Of a stretch of DNA of 42,263 nucleotides, positions 9,779-18,976 are shown one piece after another. The DNA is taken from NCBI GenBank assembly GCA_001823055.1, contig MHTH01000006.1:1-42263 (forward strand). The letters run 5' to 3'. This stretch comes from Candidatus Vogelbacteria bacterium RIFOXYB1_FULL_42_16 (lineage in GTDB: Bacteria > Patescibacteriota > Minisyncoccia > Phycocordibacterales > XYD1-FULL-46-19). Position 1 is the stretch's first letter; every line of letters begins with the position of its first letter. The notes beneath the pieces were generated by a model. That model had not been told where the DNA came from. It searched no databases and saw nothing but the letters and a program-made list of their open reading frames with translations. The position numbers were made by a program, and so were the translations under genes.

Positions 9779-10811
9779 CTTCATTATCAATTAAAATATC
9801 CCGATAACGTTCGACATCTTCTAAAATCACGCCGGCCCCCCGCACCACCGCCGTAATTGGATCATCTACAATATGAATAGGAATTTCTAGTTCTTTTTCC
9901 AACAATTCTTTTAAGCCTCGCATCCGCGCACCACCGCCCACCACCACAATACCCCGCAACATAATATCGGAAATCACTTCCGGCGGAGTCGATTCCAATA
10001 CTTCTTTGACGGCATCGACAAAAATCGCGATCGAAGAAGCAATAGCTTCGCGAATATCACTATCGGTAATCACCACTTCGCGTGGCAGACCGGTCACCAG
10101 ATCTCGCCCCCGAATAGTCGCCTCGAGCGAATCGGAAAATTTATAGACCGAACCGATAGTGACTTTGACATCTTCGGCAGTTTTTTCACCCAATAAAATT
10201 TTAAACTCATCGCGAACATAAGCGATAATATCTTGATTCAATTTTTCACCGGCCACATGCAAATTTTTTGATTTGACGATTCCACCCAGAGAAATCACAG
10301 CAATATCAGTCGTGCCCCCGCCAATATCAATGATCATACTGCCGACCGGATCATAAATCGGCAAACGAATACCGAGTGAGGCCGCCATTGGCTCTTCGAT
10401 AATATGTACTTCGCGAGCGCCAGCATTTTTGGCGGCATCGCGCACCGCTCGGCGTTCGACATTGGTAATATCCGATGGCACACCGATCACCAACCGCGGT
10501 CGAAAAAATTTTCTAGTCGATCTTTCCAACGCTCGACGAATAAAATAAGCCAGCATTTCTTCGGCCACTTCAAAATTGGAGACGACGCCGTTGACCAAAG
10601 GTTTGATAGCGCTGATGTGAGCTGGGGTCCGGCCGATCATTTGGCTAGCGTCGTTACCCACCGCTACCACCCGACCGGTTTTTTGGTTGATCGCGACAAT
10701 CGACGGTTCGACCGCTACAATACCCTGACCGCGAACATAAACAAGGGTCGTGGCGGTACCGAGATCAATCCCGATATCGCTGGAAAACATTTTGTACAGC
10801 TTCTCCATCAT
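9759..10811 (-). CDS. mreB: Rod shape-determining protein MreB (copy 1)
   Basis: IGIDLGTATT, IEEPMAA, IDIGGGTTD; ATG at 10811 overlaps the proS stop (ATGA). Confidence 0.95.
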   Translation of the reverse strand: MMEKLYKMFSSDIGIDLGTATTLVYVRGQGIVAVEPSIVAINQKTGRVVAVGNDASQMIGRTPAHISAIKPLVNGVVSNFEVAEEMLAYFIRRALERSTRKFFRPRLVIGVPSDITNVERRAVRDAAKNAGAREVHIIEEPMAASLGIRLPIYDPVGSMIIDIGGGTTDIAVISLGGIVKSKNLHVAGEKLNQDIIAYVRDEFKILLGEKTAEDVKVTIGSVYKFSDSLEATIRGRDLVTGLPREVVITDSDIREAIASSIAIFVDAVKEVLESTPPEVISDIMLRGIVVVGGGARMRGLKELLEKELEIPIHIVDDPITAVVRGAGVILEDVERYRDILIDNEDELPPR

Positions 10812-12058
10812 AGTCTTATCGTCTTTTCTACCCAAGCCGGAAATTCTTCCACGGGCACAAAATCGGTTTCGCCGGTCTGGCGATTTTTGATTTCATATTG
10901 ACCGGCCGACAGACCCTTGGCACTGACAACGACTCGGTATGGAACACCGAGCAAATCAGCATCGGCAAATTTAGCGCCGGCGGACAGATCACGATCATCG
11001 ATCAAGACTTCAATCCCCTTTTTAGTTAATTCATCATAAAGTTTAAGGGCTTCGTCATTTTTTTCTAACGAAATCAGATGCAATTGAAACGGCGCGACCG
11101 ACAGGGGCCAAATCAAACCTTGCTCATCGGCAAAAACTTCAGTCAAAAGACCCAACAAGCGACTAGGGCCAATCCCGTAACAGCCCATAATCACCGGTCG
11201 GCGCTCGCCTTTTTCATCACTAAAGAGTAAGCCGAGCGGTTCGGAGAAACGCGTGCCGAGTTTAAAGATATTACCAACTTCCACCGCTTTGACTTCCTCC
11301 ATTTTAGTTTTATCCAAACCTAATTTGGTCAAGACTTCTTCATTATAGACTTCCTTATTGACCGCAATTTTTTTAGCTCGATCCAGATAAATCGTATCCT
11401 CGCCAGTCTCGCAAATAGTTTGGTATTCATGACTAAATTCGGAAAAACTACCACCGCCAGCAAAAGTGACAAAAGTCTTGTCACCGATTCCCAAACGAGC
11501 GAAAACATTTTTATAAGCCTCTTGGGCCTTTAAATAAAATTCATCGAGACTGTTCGCGTCAGCATGAAAAGAATACAAGTCCTTCATTAAAAATTCTCGA
11601 CCCCGCATAATCCCACTTTTGGCACGCGCTTCATTTCTGAATTTGGTTTGAATCTGATAAATCGACAGCGGTAAATCTTTGTAGGAATTGATACTTTCGC
11701 TGGCAATAACCGTAATCGGCTCTTCGTGCGTAAAACCTAAACCGAGATCACCACCGGCTTTCAAAGACGTCTTAAACCAATTATCCACTTTGTCATCAGA
11801 CCAGCGGTCAGTTTTTTGCCACAGGTCAGCGCTCTGGAGAGCGGTCATTTGGATTTCATTCGCGCCTAGCTTGTTCATCTCATCGCGAATGATCGCGTTG
11901 ATTTTATTTAAAGTTTTGAGACCAAGCGGTAAGAGCGAGTAGGCACCCGCTAATTCCTTGTGAATATAACCCGCCCGGATTAAAAGCTTGGCATTTTTGG
12001 CGACCTCATCTTTGGGGTCTTCCCGTCGCGTTTTAACAAAAAGTTGAGATTGAAGCAT
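10808..12058 (-). CDS. proS: Proline--tRNA ligase, short form without the INS editing domain
   Basis: THEE, QIQTKFRNEARAKSGIMRGREFLMKDLYSFH, MGCYGIG, C-terminal anticodon domain; only 416 aa. Confidence 0.93.
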   Translation of the reverse strand: MLQSQLFVKTRREDPKDEVAKNAKLLIRAGYIHKELAGAYSLLPLGLKTLNKINAIIRDEMNKLGANEIQMTALQSADLWQKTDRWSDDKVDNWFKTSLKAGGDLGLGFTHEEPITVIASESINSYKDLPLSIYQIQTKFRNEARAKSGIMRGREFLMKDLYSFHADANSLDEFYLKAQEAYKNVFARLGIGDKTFVTFAGGGSFSEFSHEYQTICETGEDTIYLDRAKKIAVNKEVYNEEVLTKLGLDKTKMEEVKAVEVGNIFKLGTRFSEPLGLLFSDEKGERRPVIMGCYGIGPSRLLGLLTEVFADEQGLIWPLSVAPFQLHLISLEKNDEALKLYDELTKKGIEVLIDDRDLSAGAKFADADLLGVPYRVVVSAKGLSAGQYEIKNRQTGETDFVPVEEFPAWVEKTIRL

Positions 12059-12066
12059 ATGGGCTT

Positions 12067-12095
12067 ATCTTAAACTAAAAAGCCCAAGGGGTCAA
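12067..12095 (-). promoter_or_regulatory. Putative sigma70 promoter of proS (near-leaderless)
   Basis: TTGACC-N17-TAAGAT ending 8 nt before the ATG. Confidence 0.5.
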
Positions 12096-12138
12096 AGAGG
12101 AAAAAACCCTGATTTTAGGGGATGATATGAGATAGATT

Positions 12139-13251
12139 CTAAAACAACTTCAAAACGTCAAAAAAGGATACGATCAGCATCAGGCCGATCAGAAAAAAGA
12201 AGCCGAGCACATTGGCAATAGCGGTCATTTTTGGGGGTAGAGGCGAACCTTTGACCGCTTCGATCGCCAGAAAGAACAAGCGTCCACCATCGAGCGCGGG
12301 AAATGGCAACAAGTTGATGATAGCTAAATTGATCGACAAGATGGCAATAAAAGATAAGAGATAAACCAAGCCCATCTTGGAAGCGTCACCCACCAAACCA
12401 AAGAGGCCGACCGGACCGGCCACCGTATTGAAAGCTTCGCGACCGCTGGAAAATATCTGACCAAAAAATTGCTTCAAGCCTTTGCTGGTTTCAATCGTCA
12501 AGTAAACAGTTAATTTCAGACCATCATACGGAGCGCGATACCAAGCCGAACGAACTAAACCAATCCCCTCGATCCCCACTCCCACCAACGCCTTACCATT
12601 TTCGATTTTTGGCATGACCGAAACTTGCCGATCTTCCATTATTTCTGACTTCGCTGACTGTCGTTTTAAATTAAAAGTAATTTCCCGACCGATTTGAGTG
12701 CGGATGAAAGCGGTAGCTTCGGCCGAAGTTTGGGGAACAATTTCTTGACCACCGGCTTTGATGCCAACAATTTGGTCACCGGGCAAAAGACCAGCATCAC
12801 CGGCTGGATAATTTTTAAGAACCGAAGTTACAATCAACTGCCTATCTTTGACCTCACCAAAAAACTTTTCAGCCGAAGAACTTTCCACCGGTAAGCCAAA
12901 CAAGAGACTGGTCGAAAGTAGAAACCAAGCCAATAAAAAATTAAAAAAGACACCAGCAAACAAAACCCAAGCTTGAACCAATTTTGGTTTAGCGGTCAGA
13001 GCTCGAACCTGATCAACCGGCGACAAAAGTTCATCAGCATTTTCACCGAGAATTTTGACAAAACCGCCAAAAGGAATGGCATTGATGGAATAGGTCGTCT
13101 CGCCATATTTTTTGGACCAGAGTTTGGGTGGAAAACCAAAGCCAAATTCATCTACCCGAATCCCCGCTCGTTTAGCGGTTAAAAAATGCCCCAGCTCGTG
13201 CACCATAATGAGGAGCCCGAGAACTAATAAGAAAATAATTAGAGTTAACAA
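12139..13251 (-). CDS. rseP: Site-2 protease (M50) with PDZ domain
   Basis: HELGH, IPFGGFV, PDZ (PAGDAGLLPGDQI), NLLPFPALDGG. Confidence 0.93.
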   Translation of the reverse strand: MLTLIIFLLVLGLLIMVHELGHFLTAKRAGIRVDEFGFGFPPKLWSKKYGETTYSINAIPFGGFVKILGENADELLSPVDQVRALTAKPKLVQAWVLFAGVFFNFLLAWFLLSTSLLFGLPVESSSAEKFFGEVKDRQLIVTSVLKNYPAGDAGLLPGDQIVGIKAGGQEIVPQTSAEATAFIRTQIGREITFNLKRQSAKSEIMEDRQVSVMPKIENGKALVGVGIEGIGLVRSAWYRAPYDGLKLTVYLTIETSKGLKQFFGQIFSSGREAFNTVAGPVGLFGLVGDASKMGLVYLLSFIAILSINLAIINLLPFPALDGGRLFFLAIEAVKGSPLPPKMTAIANVLGFFFLIGLMLIVSFFDVLKLF

Positions 13252-13316
13252 AGTATTTTAAATTAAAATTAAAAAGTTTTCCCTATTTTGACATAGTTTC
13301 CGGTTTTTACCAAACC

Positions 13317-13343
13317 TATTGTCAAGGTGTCACCTTGACAATA
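13317..13343. repeat. Perfect palindrome with an AGGT-N3-ACCT core
   Basis: TATTGTCAAGGTG-T-CACCTTGACAATA. Confidence 0.7.
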
Positions 13344-13376
13344 AAATCGCTGGCAGTAAAACACCACCAGCGATTT
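13344..13376 (-). terminator. Putative terminator of the histidine phosphatase gene
   Basis: AAATCGCTGG...CCAGCGATTT stem, T-rich on the minus strand. Confidence 0.55.
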
Positions 13377-13393
13377 AGGATTATTGATTTATC

Positions 13394-14395
13394 CTACAGT
13401 CCGCGAGAAAGACAAAGAGACTCTAGCCATGGAATAAGCTGGCTCGGTCGACGATGTTGCTGACTATTCCATTCATTCGTCTCGGCACCATAGAAGACGT
13501 TGACCATGAAGCCTTCAACAACTTCAGCCAAATTGCCGACCGGCCGAAGATGCTCGTTGATGAAACCTTCGCCCGAAAGATAGAGAGCTTCATGCATATC
13601 GCAAGCGTCATCGTACGAATAGATCTTCAGCCTTTCTTTTGACTGGCCGAGCTTTCCGAGCAGTCCCCACCAGCGAACTGTTTTTGTAAAGTTTGCAAGG
13701 TCGTTGATGGCTTTGTTGATTTCGTCTGTCGTTGCTTGCCCCGAATCAATATCTTTTGGCAAAAAGTCATCGATTGTCAACTTCATCCCGTCATCCTTTT
13801 GCTCAAAGACGGTAATCGACGCGTTGCGAAATTTCTTTTCCTGATACCGTTTCTCGGCTTCGGCGATTGAGCGCCGACACATGATTCGCCAGAAAAAAAT
13901 CATCCACGTACCATGGCCAACGATAAGCACCCGCTTACCACTCCAGAACTCTCGCAGATCAGCAAGGAAAGAGTAGATCATCAAATCAACGTCCTGCCCG
14001 TTTTGTCCGCCGAACGCCCGATAATGATACCAACCTTCTCGCTCTTTGATTTTTGCTTCAGCCGGGTAAAGCTTCTCAACCTCTTCTTTTGACATGGTGT
14101 GCCAGATTCCTCTCCAGAATTCATCCAGCCGAGCATCAATTCTCGGTACGATCTTAGGGCACATCAAGTGCAAAGTTTGTTGCGCTCGCCAGAAGGTAGA
14201 GATAAAAGCGACATCAAATCCGAAAAACTCGCTATTCTTTCTCAAATATTCGCCTGTAACCAAAGCCTGGGCTTCGCCATTTTTGGTTAACGAGAACTGA
14301 TGGTTGGGAACTTGAGCCGAAGAATTATCGTCCATTTGGCGAATATTCCCCTCAGACTCGGCATGACGAACTACAATAATTTGTTTGGGCCACAT
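13394..14395 (-). CDS. Histidine phosphatase family protein with an extra C-terminal domain
   Basis: VRHAESEGN (RHG-type motif), RAQQT, LDE, VGHG; about 120 additional C-terminal residues; AAGGAG SD upstream. Confidence 0.8.
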   Translation of the reverse strand: MWPKQIIVVRHAESEGNIRQMDDNSSAQVPNHQFSLTKNGEAQALVTGEYLRKNSEFFGFDVAFISTFWRAQQTLHLMCPKIVPRIDARLDEFWRGIWHTMSKEEVEKLYPAEAKIKEREGWYHYRAFGGQNGQDVDLMIYSFLADLREFWSGKRVLIVGHGTWMIFFWRIMCRRSIAEAEKRYQEKKFRNASITVFEQKDDGMKLTIDDFLPKDIDSGQATTDEINKAINDLANFTKTVRWWGLLGKLGQSKERLKIYSYDDACDMHEALYLSGEGFINEHLRPVGNLAEVVEGFMVNVFYGAETNEWNSQQHRRPSQLIPWLESLCLSRGL

Positions 14396-14568
14396 AACTC
14401 TTTCTCCTTGTTTGTTAATGTCCGGTTTCTAGTATTAAAATAATCTTTCTAAAAAAATCGCGCTTGGGTTATAAGTCTTTATGGATGATGTTTTTAATTT
14501 TATCTAAACAATCCCATATTTTTAAAGCTTGATTTTATACAACATATGTACTAAATTAAGTACATATT

Positions 14569-15291
14569 ATGACAAATTACAAAAATCTCCTTAGACAGCT
14601 TGGCTTTAGTGCCTTGGCTGAAAATATCTATTTTACCTTAATCAGAAAAGGGTCTTGTTCGATTGCCGAGCTAGCTCAATTTAATGGCAAATTCCGGCCA
14701 GCAATCTATAGAGCGTTACCTGAACTTTTATCAGCCAATCTGATTAGCAAGATAATGAAAGGTAAAAGAATAATTTATAAAGCCGAATCACCCGTGGCTA
14801 TTTCGACCTTAATTAAAAAACAAACTAAAGATATCGAGGAAGTATTGCCAGAGCTCGTTAAATCTTTTCAGCAAAAAGATCGGAAACCAAAAATTTCTTT
14901 TTATGAAGGCAAGGAAGGTATTGCGACCGTTTATGAACAATTGATCTCCTCAACCAAAAAGGGTGGGGCGATCTGGCGCTATGAATCAGCCGAGGATTAC
15001 AAAAAGAATAAACGATATTATCCATCTCTTTATTGGAAGCGGGCCGGAGCTACTGGCGACATTGATAAATATGTCATCACCAATCTAAAAACTCATCAAA
15101 AAAGGCATAAAAATCTTAATCGTTTATCAAAAGCAGTAAATTTACCCTTTGAAGACAATATTACAGAGCTAATTGGTGATGGGAAGGTAATTTTTATTGA
15201 TTATGACACTGAAACCGCGATTGTGATTGAAAATGAACGCTTTGCCAATTTTCAGAAAACTATTTTTAAAATGTTTTTTGAAAAAATTTAG
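14569..15291 (+). CDS. TrmB-family HTH transcriptional regulator
   Basis: LRQLGFS...IYFTL...SIAELA...RPAIYRALPEL winged HTH; PKISFYEGKEGI linker typical of TrmB-like proteins. Confidence 0.8.
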   Translation: MTNYKNLLRQLGFSALAENIYFTLIRKGSCSIAELAQFNGKFRPAIYRALPELLSANLISKIMKGKRIIYKAESPVAISTLIKKQTKDIEEVLPELVKSFQQKDRKPKISFYEGKEGIATVYEQLISSTKKGGAIWRYESAEDYKKNKRYYPSLYWKRAGATGDIDKYVITNLKTHQKRHKNLNRLSKAVNLPFEDNITELIGDGKVIFIDYDTETAIVIENERFANFQKTIFKMFFEKI

Positions 15292-15839
15292 CCTTCGATC
15301 TCTTCCCTCTTTTTTGAAGCTAAACTGTCAAATTTAGTATTGCCATCGTCAACGATTTTTTGCAATTCATCTTTCAGACGAAATTTGACGTCCTCACCAA
15401 TGCCGCCATTTTTCTCCATCACTTGAATTTCATTCCAAACTTTTTCTCGTTCTTTGCGGAGAGAGACGCGCGCTTCTTCTAATTTTTCATTAGTCAACTT
15501 GGTCAGCATTTTGCGTCGTTCTTCGGTCAAAGTCGGAAAAATGACTCGAATCCCGTCGGAATCCGGCGCGGTCGACACGCCGATATTGGCGGCGGCAATC
15601 GCTGACTCAATCCCCTTGACTTGTGATTTGTCCCACGGCGTAATACGGAGAGTCAAGGCATCTTCAATACCGATCGCGGCCACATGCTTGATTGGCAATT
15701 TACTGCCATAGGAATCTACCAGCACTGAATCAAGCAAGGCCGGCGAAGCTTTGCCAGTCCGCACCCCACTGTATTCTCCGGCCAGCCAGACTTCGATGTC
15801 AGCGAGATGAGTTTTAAGTTCAGAAAAATTGTATGCCAT
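15288..15839 (-). CDS. frr: Ribosome recycling factor
   Basis: RTGKASPALLD, ITPWDKS, PTLTEERRK. Confidence 0.96.
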   Translation of the reverse strand: MAYNFSELKTHLADIEVWLAGEYSGVRTGKASPALLDSVLVDSYGSKLPIKHVAAIGIEDALTLRITPWDKSQVKGIESAIAAANIGVSTAPDSDGIRVIFPTLTEERRKMLTKLTNEKLEEARVSLRKEREKVWNEIQVMEKNGGIGEDVKFRLKDELQKIVDDGNTKFDSLASKKREEIEG

Positions 15840-15918
15840 GTTTCAAATTTAAAATTAAAAAATCAAAATTTAAAATTAATAAAGTAGTAAGCTTACCACG
15901 TGGCGAAGCTTTACGTGG

Positions 15919-16635
15919 TTACTTCGTTTTTCTTAAATTTGGCACGATCAGCGCTAAATACTCCAAAATCATTTTAGCGGAAGAACGTTGGTTGTTCAGA
16001 AGCTTTTTGGCGTTAACAATTTCTTTGAACACCAATACCAGATTATCAGAAATTCTGGTTAAATCAATTCGTTCGTGGATAAAAACTTCCAGCCGGTCGA
16101 GCCAATCGAGTAATTCGGCCCGATCTTTGATCTGACCATCATCTAAAAAACGCTTGAGCAGATGTTCACCCCGTTCCGCCACATCGAGACCGAGAAATTT
16201 TTCCAAATCATCAACCTCGCCATCGTTTGACCGATCAAATTTTAATTGATAAACCCGTGATAAAATTGTGGGCCGAAAAAATTCGGCCGTCGGTGCGACC
16301 AGAAAAAAATAGGTATTAGTGGCCGGCTCTTCCAAAGTCTTGAGTAAAACTTCTTGGGCTTCGCTGGCCATGGCCGAAAAAATCACCACTAGATATCGGC
16401 CTTGACCGGCAAAATCTTTGCCAGTTTGAAATTGGCGCAAAAAACGGGCGTCGTCTTTATCCAGTCGATCTTTGGTCAACCACAAAACATCGGGATGAAA
16501 TTTGGGATCGACCGTGGCCGGAAAAATCGATTGCAACAAACCAAGAAGTTCAGCTGTTATGATTTTAGATTCACCGATTAGAAGATAGGCGTGATGAAGA
16601 TGGTTAGATTTGAAATGATTTTGCAGTTCGGACAT
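15919..16635 (-). CDS. holB: DNA polymerase III delta' subunit-like (degenerate)
   Basis: HHAYLLIG, HPD, AQEVLLKTLEEP, PTILSR; no P-loop or Zn cysteines. Confidence 0.75.
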   Translation of the reverse strand: MSELQNHFKSNHLHHAYLLIGESKIITAELLGLLQSIFPATVDPKFHPDVLWLTKDRLDKDDARFLRQFQTGKDFAGQGRYLVVIFSAMASEAQEVLLKTLEEPATNTYFFLVAPTAEFFRPTILSRVYQLKFDRSNDGEVDDLEKFLGLDVAERGEHLLKRFLDDGQIKDRAELLDWLDRLEVFIHERIDLTRISDNLVLVFKEIVNAKKLLNNQRSSAKMILEYLALIVPNLRKTK

Positions 16636-16641
16636 AAACCA

Positions 16642-17655
16642 CTATCTCTTCGCGATAATACTCTTTTTATACGTCTCGAGATGATTCAAAGCTACGCCAG
16701 TCCCCTTGGCCACACAATAAAGAGCATCTTCGGCTAAATAAGCGCGGACACCGGTCCGACGATAGATTAACTCCGGCAGATTGCGTAAAATCGACGAGCC
16801 ACCAGTCATAATAATTCCTCGTTCAATAATATCAGCCGACAGCTCTGGTGGTGTATCTTGAAAAACCGTTTTAATGGCTTTGACCATTTCTCGCAATTCA
16901 CCATCGATAGCCTGGGCAATCTCATTGGTTTTGACTTCGACCGAGCGTGGTAAACCGGTTAAAAAATCTCGGCCTTTAATAATAAAAGATAGCTCATCTT
17001 CTACTGGCACCGCCGAACCGATGCTCATTTTGACATCTTCGGCGGTCTTATCTCCAATCGCCAAATTAAAAGATCGTTTGATGTAGTCAGCAATAGCTTG
17101 ATCGATTTTATTACCAGCATGTTTAACTGAAGTCGAAGCCACAATCCCTCCCAGTGAGATCACGGCTACATCGGTCGTGCCACCGCCGATATCCACCACC
17201 ATATGCCCCTTGGCTTCATAAATCGGAATACCCGCCCCAATCGCCGCCAAGATCGGCTCTTTGACCACATAAGCATTTCTGGCCCCCGCTTTCATTGTCG
17301 CTTCGATCACCGCCCGCCGTTCGGTCGAAGTAATACCAGCCGGGACCGAGACCATGACATCTGGTTTAAAGATATTAAATTTACCCAACGCTTTACCAAT
17401 GTAGTAGCGCAACATGGCTTCGGTTATCCGATAGTCCGCAATCACGCCGTCTTTCATCGGCTTGTAGGCAGTAATCGTGTCTGGCGTTTTTCCCACCATA
17501 TCTTTTGCCTCGGTTCCCACCGCCACCACTCTGTTGTCAGCCAAATTAACCGCCACCACGGACGGCTCATTGAGCACAATACCCTTGCCCGGCACATAAA
17601 CCAAAGTATTGGCCGTGCCCAAATCTACCCCTAATTTTCTGATGAAAAATGACAT
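16642..17655 (-). CDS. mreB: MreB/Mbl paralogue (copy 2)
   Basis: LGVDLGTANT, KEPILAAIGAG, VDIGGGTTD, TGGSS; follows murA, as mbl does near murA in Bacillota. Confidence 0.93.
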   Translation of the reverse strand: MSFFIRKLGVDLGTANTLVYVPGKGIVLNEPSVVAVNLADNRVVAVGTEAKDMVGKTPDTITAYKPMKDGVIADYRITEAMLRYYIGKALGKFNIFKPDVMVSVPAGITSTERRAVIEATMKAGARNAYVVKEPILAAIGAGIPIYEAKGHMVVDIGGGTTDVAVISLGGIVASTSVKHAGNKIDQAIADYIKRSFNLAIGDKTAEDVKMSIGSAVPVEDELSFIIKGRDFLTGLPRSVEVKTNEIAQAIDGELREMVKAIKTVFQDTPPELSADIIERGIIMTGGSSILRNLPELIYRRTGVRAYLAEDALYCVAKGTGVALNHLETYKKSIIAKR

Positions 17656-18962
17656 ATTGTTTCGTTTTCGAGATGAATTCTTTTGATTTTAGCGCCTAAA
17701 GCGGTTAATTTTCCTTCGATATTTTCATAGCCCCGATCAATATACCCGACATTATGGACTGTCGTCCGCCCTTTAGCAACCAAGCCAGCAATAATATAGG
17801 CCAAACCGGCACGCAGATCCGGACTGAACAATTCCCGACTATGCAGTTCATTGGGTCCATTGATAATCGCTCGATGAGCATCCAACAACTTAACTTTAGC
17901 GCCCATTTGTTCCAATGATTCCAAATGTCCCAAGCGTCCCTCGAAAATCGTTTCAAAAATAAAACTTTGACCGACGGCTTGAGTCAAAAAAACTGACATG
18001 GGCGCTTGCAGGTCGGTCGGGAAACCGGGATATTCGTGAGTTTTCAAATCACTAGCGATCAATTTGGGTTTTTTACGATTAATCACACGTAAAAAATTTT
18101 GGCCAACAATAATTTCGGCGCCGGCTTCGCGTAAAAAATCAATAACGGCGGTCAAATGTTTGGGTTCACAATCAGCGATAGTCACATCTTTGCCTGCCAA
18201 GGTCGCCAAAATCAAAAAACTGCCGGCCTCAATCCGATCTGGAATAGTGTGATAAATTTTTCCTTTAGCGTGTAATCTGGCACCACCTTCGATTTCAATC
18301 GTAGTAGTGCCCAAACCAGAAATTTTGGCTCCACATTTTTTCAAATATTCTCCCAAACTGATAATCTCTGGTTCCAAAGCGCAATTTTTCAACACGGTTT
18401 TTCCTTTGGCTAAAACTCCCGCCAATAAAAAAGTTTCGGTAGCGGTCACGCTCTGATTTTTGAAGAAAATTTCGGCGCCGATCAATTGACCATTTTTGGC
18501 TTTGATTTCATACAGATCATTTTTCAAAGTGACATTGGCCCCCAGAGCTTCAAATCCCGCCAAGAACAAATCAATTGGCCGGCGACCAATCACGCAACCG
18601 CCCGGATGCGGAAAACTAACCCGACCAAAGCGTGCCAACAACGGCCCAGTCAAAACAATCGAGGCGCGTAATTTTTTGGAAATTTCCGGCGTAATGACTG
18701 TCTTGGTCAGATTGGTGGTATCGATATCGCAAGTATGATCACCAGAAAAAGAAACTTCGGCGCCCAAATCGACTAAAAGTTCAGCGGTTCGACGGACATC
18801 CTCGATCTCGGGCACATTGGTCATCTTGACCCGATCGGCAAATAAAATTGTCGCCGACATCATCTTTAACACCGCATTTTTTGCTCCACCGACCTTAACC
18901 GTGCCAGCCAAAAATCGCCGACCCCGCAGACCCTCTATCTCTAGCCTTTCTTCAGTCTTCAT
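17631..18962 (-). CDS. murA: UDP-N-acetylglucosamine 1-carboxyvinyltransferase
   Basis: GAKNA, LRASI, PGGCVIGRRPIDL (catalytic Cys), PGFPTDLQ, DLRAG, IDRGYE. Confidence 0.97.
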   Translation of the reverse strand: MKTEERLEIEGLRGRRFLAGTVKVGGAKNAVLKMMSATILFADRVKMTNVPEIEDVRRTAELLVDLGAEVSFSGDHTCDIDTTNLTKTVITPEISKKLRASIVLTGPLLARFGRVSFPHPGGCVIGRRPIDLFLAGFEALGANVTLKNDLYEIKAKNGQLIGAEIFFKNQSVTATETFLLAGVLAKGKTVLKNCALEPEIISLGEYLKKCGAKISGLGTTTIEIEGGARLHAKGKIYHTIPDRIEAGSFLILATLAGKDVTIADCEPKHLTAVIDFLREAGAEIIVGQNFLRVINRKKPKLIASDLKTHEYPGFPTDLQAPMSVFLTQAVGQSFIFETIFEGRLGHLESLEQMGAKVKLLDAHRAIINGPNELHSRELFSPDLRAGLAYIIAGLVAKGRTTVHNVGYIDRGYENIEGKLTALGAKIKRIHLENETICHFSSEN

Positions 18963-18976
18963 CGACGGCTATTTTC

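Noticed and set aside
15841-15882. AT-rich (T/C)AAAATT-like short repeats upstream of frr
   Set aside because: Low-complexity and degenerate; no defined unit or function can be supported.
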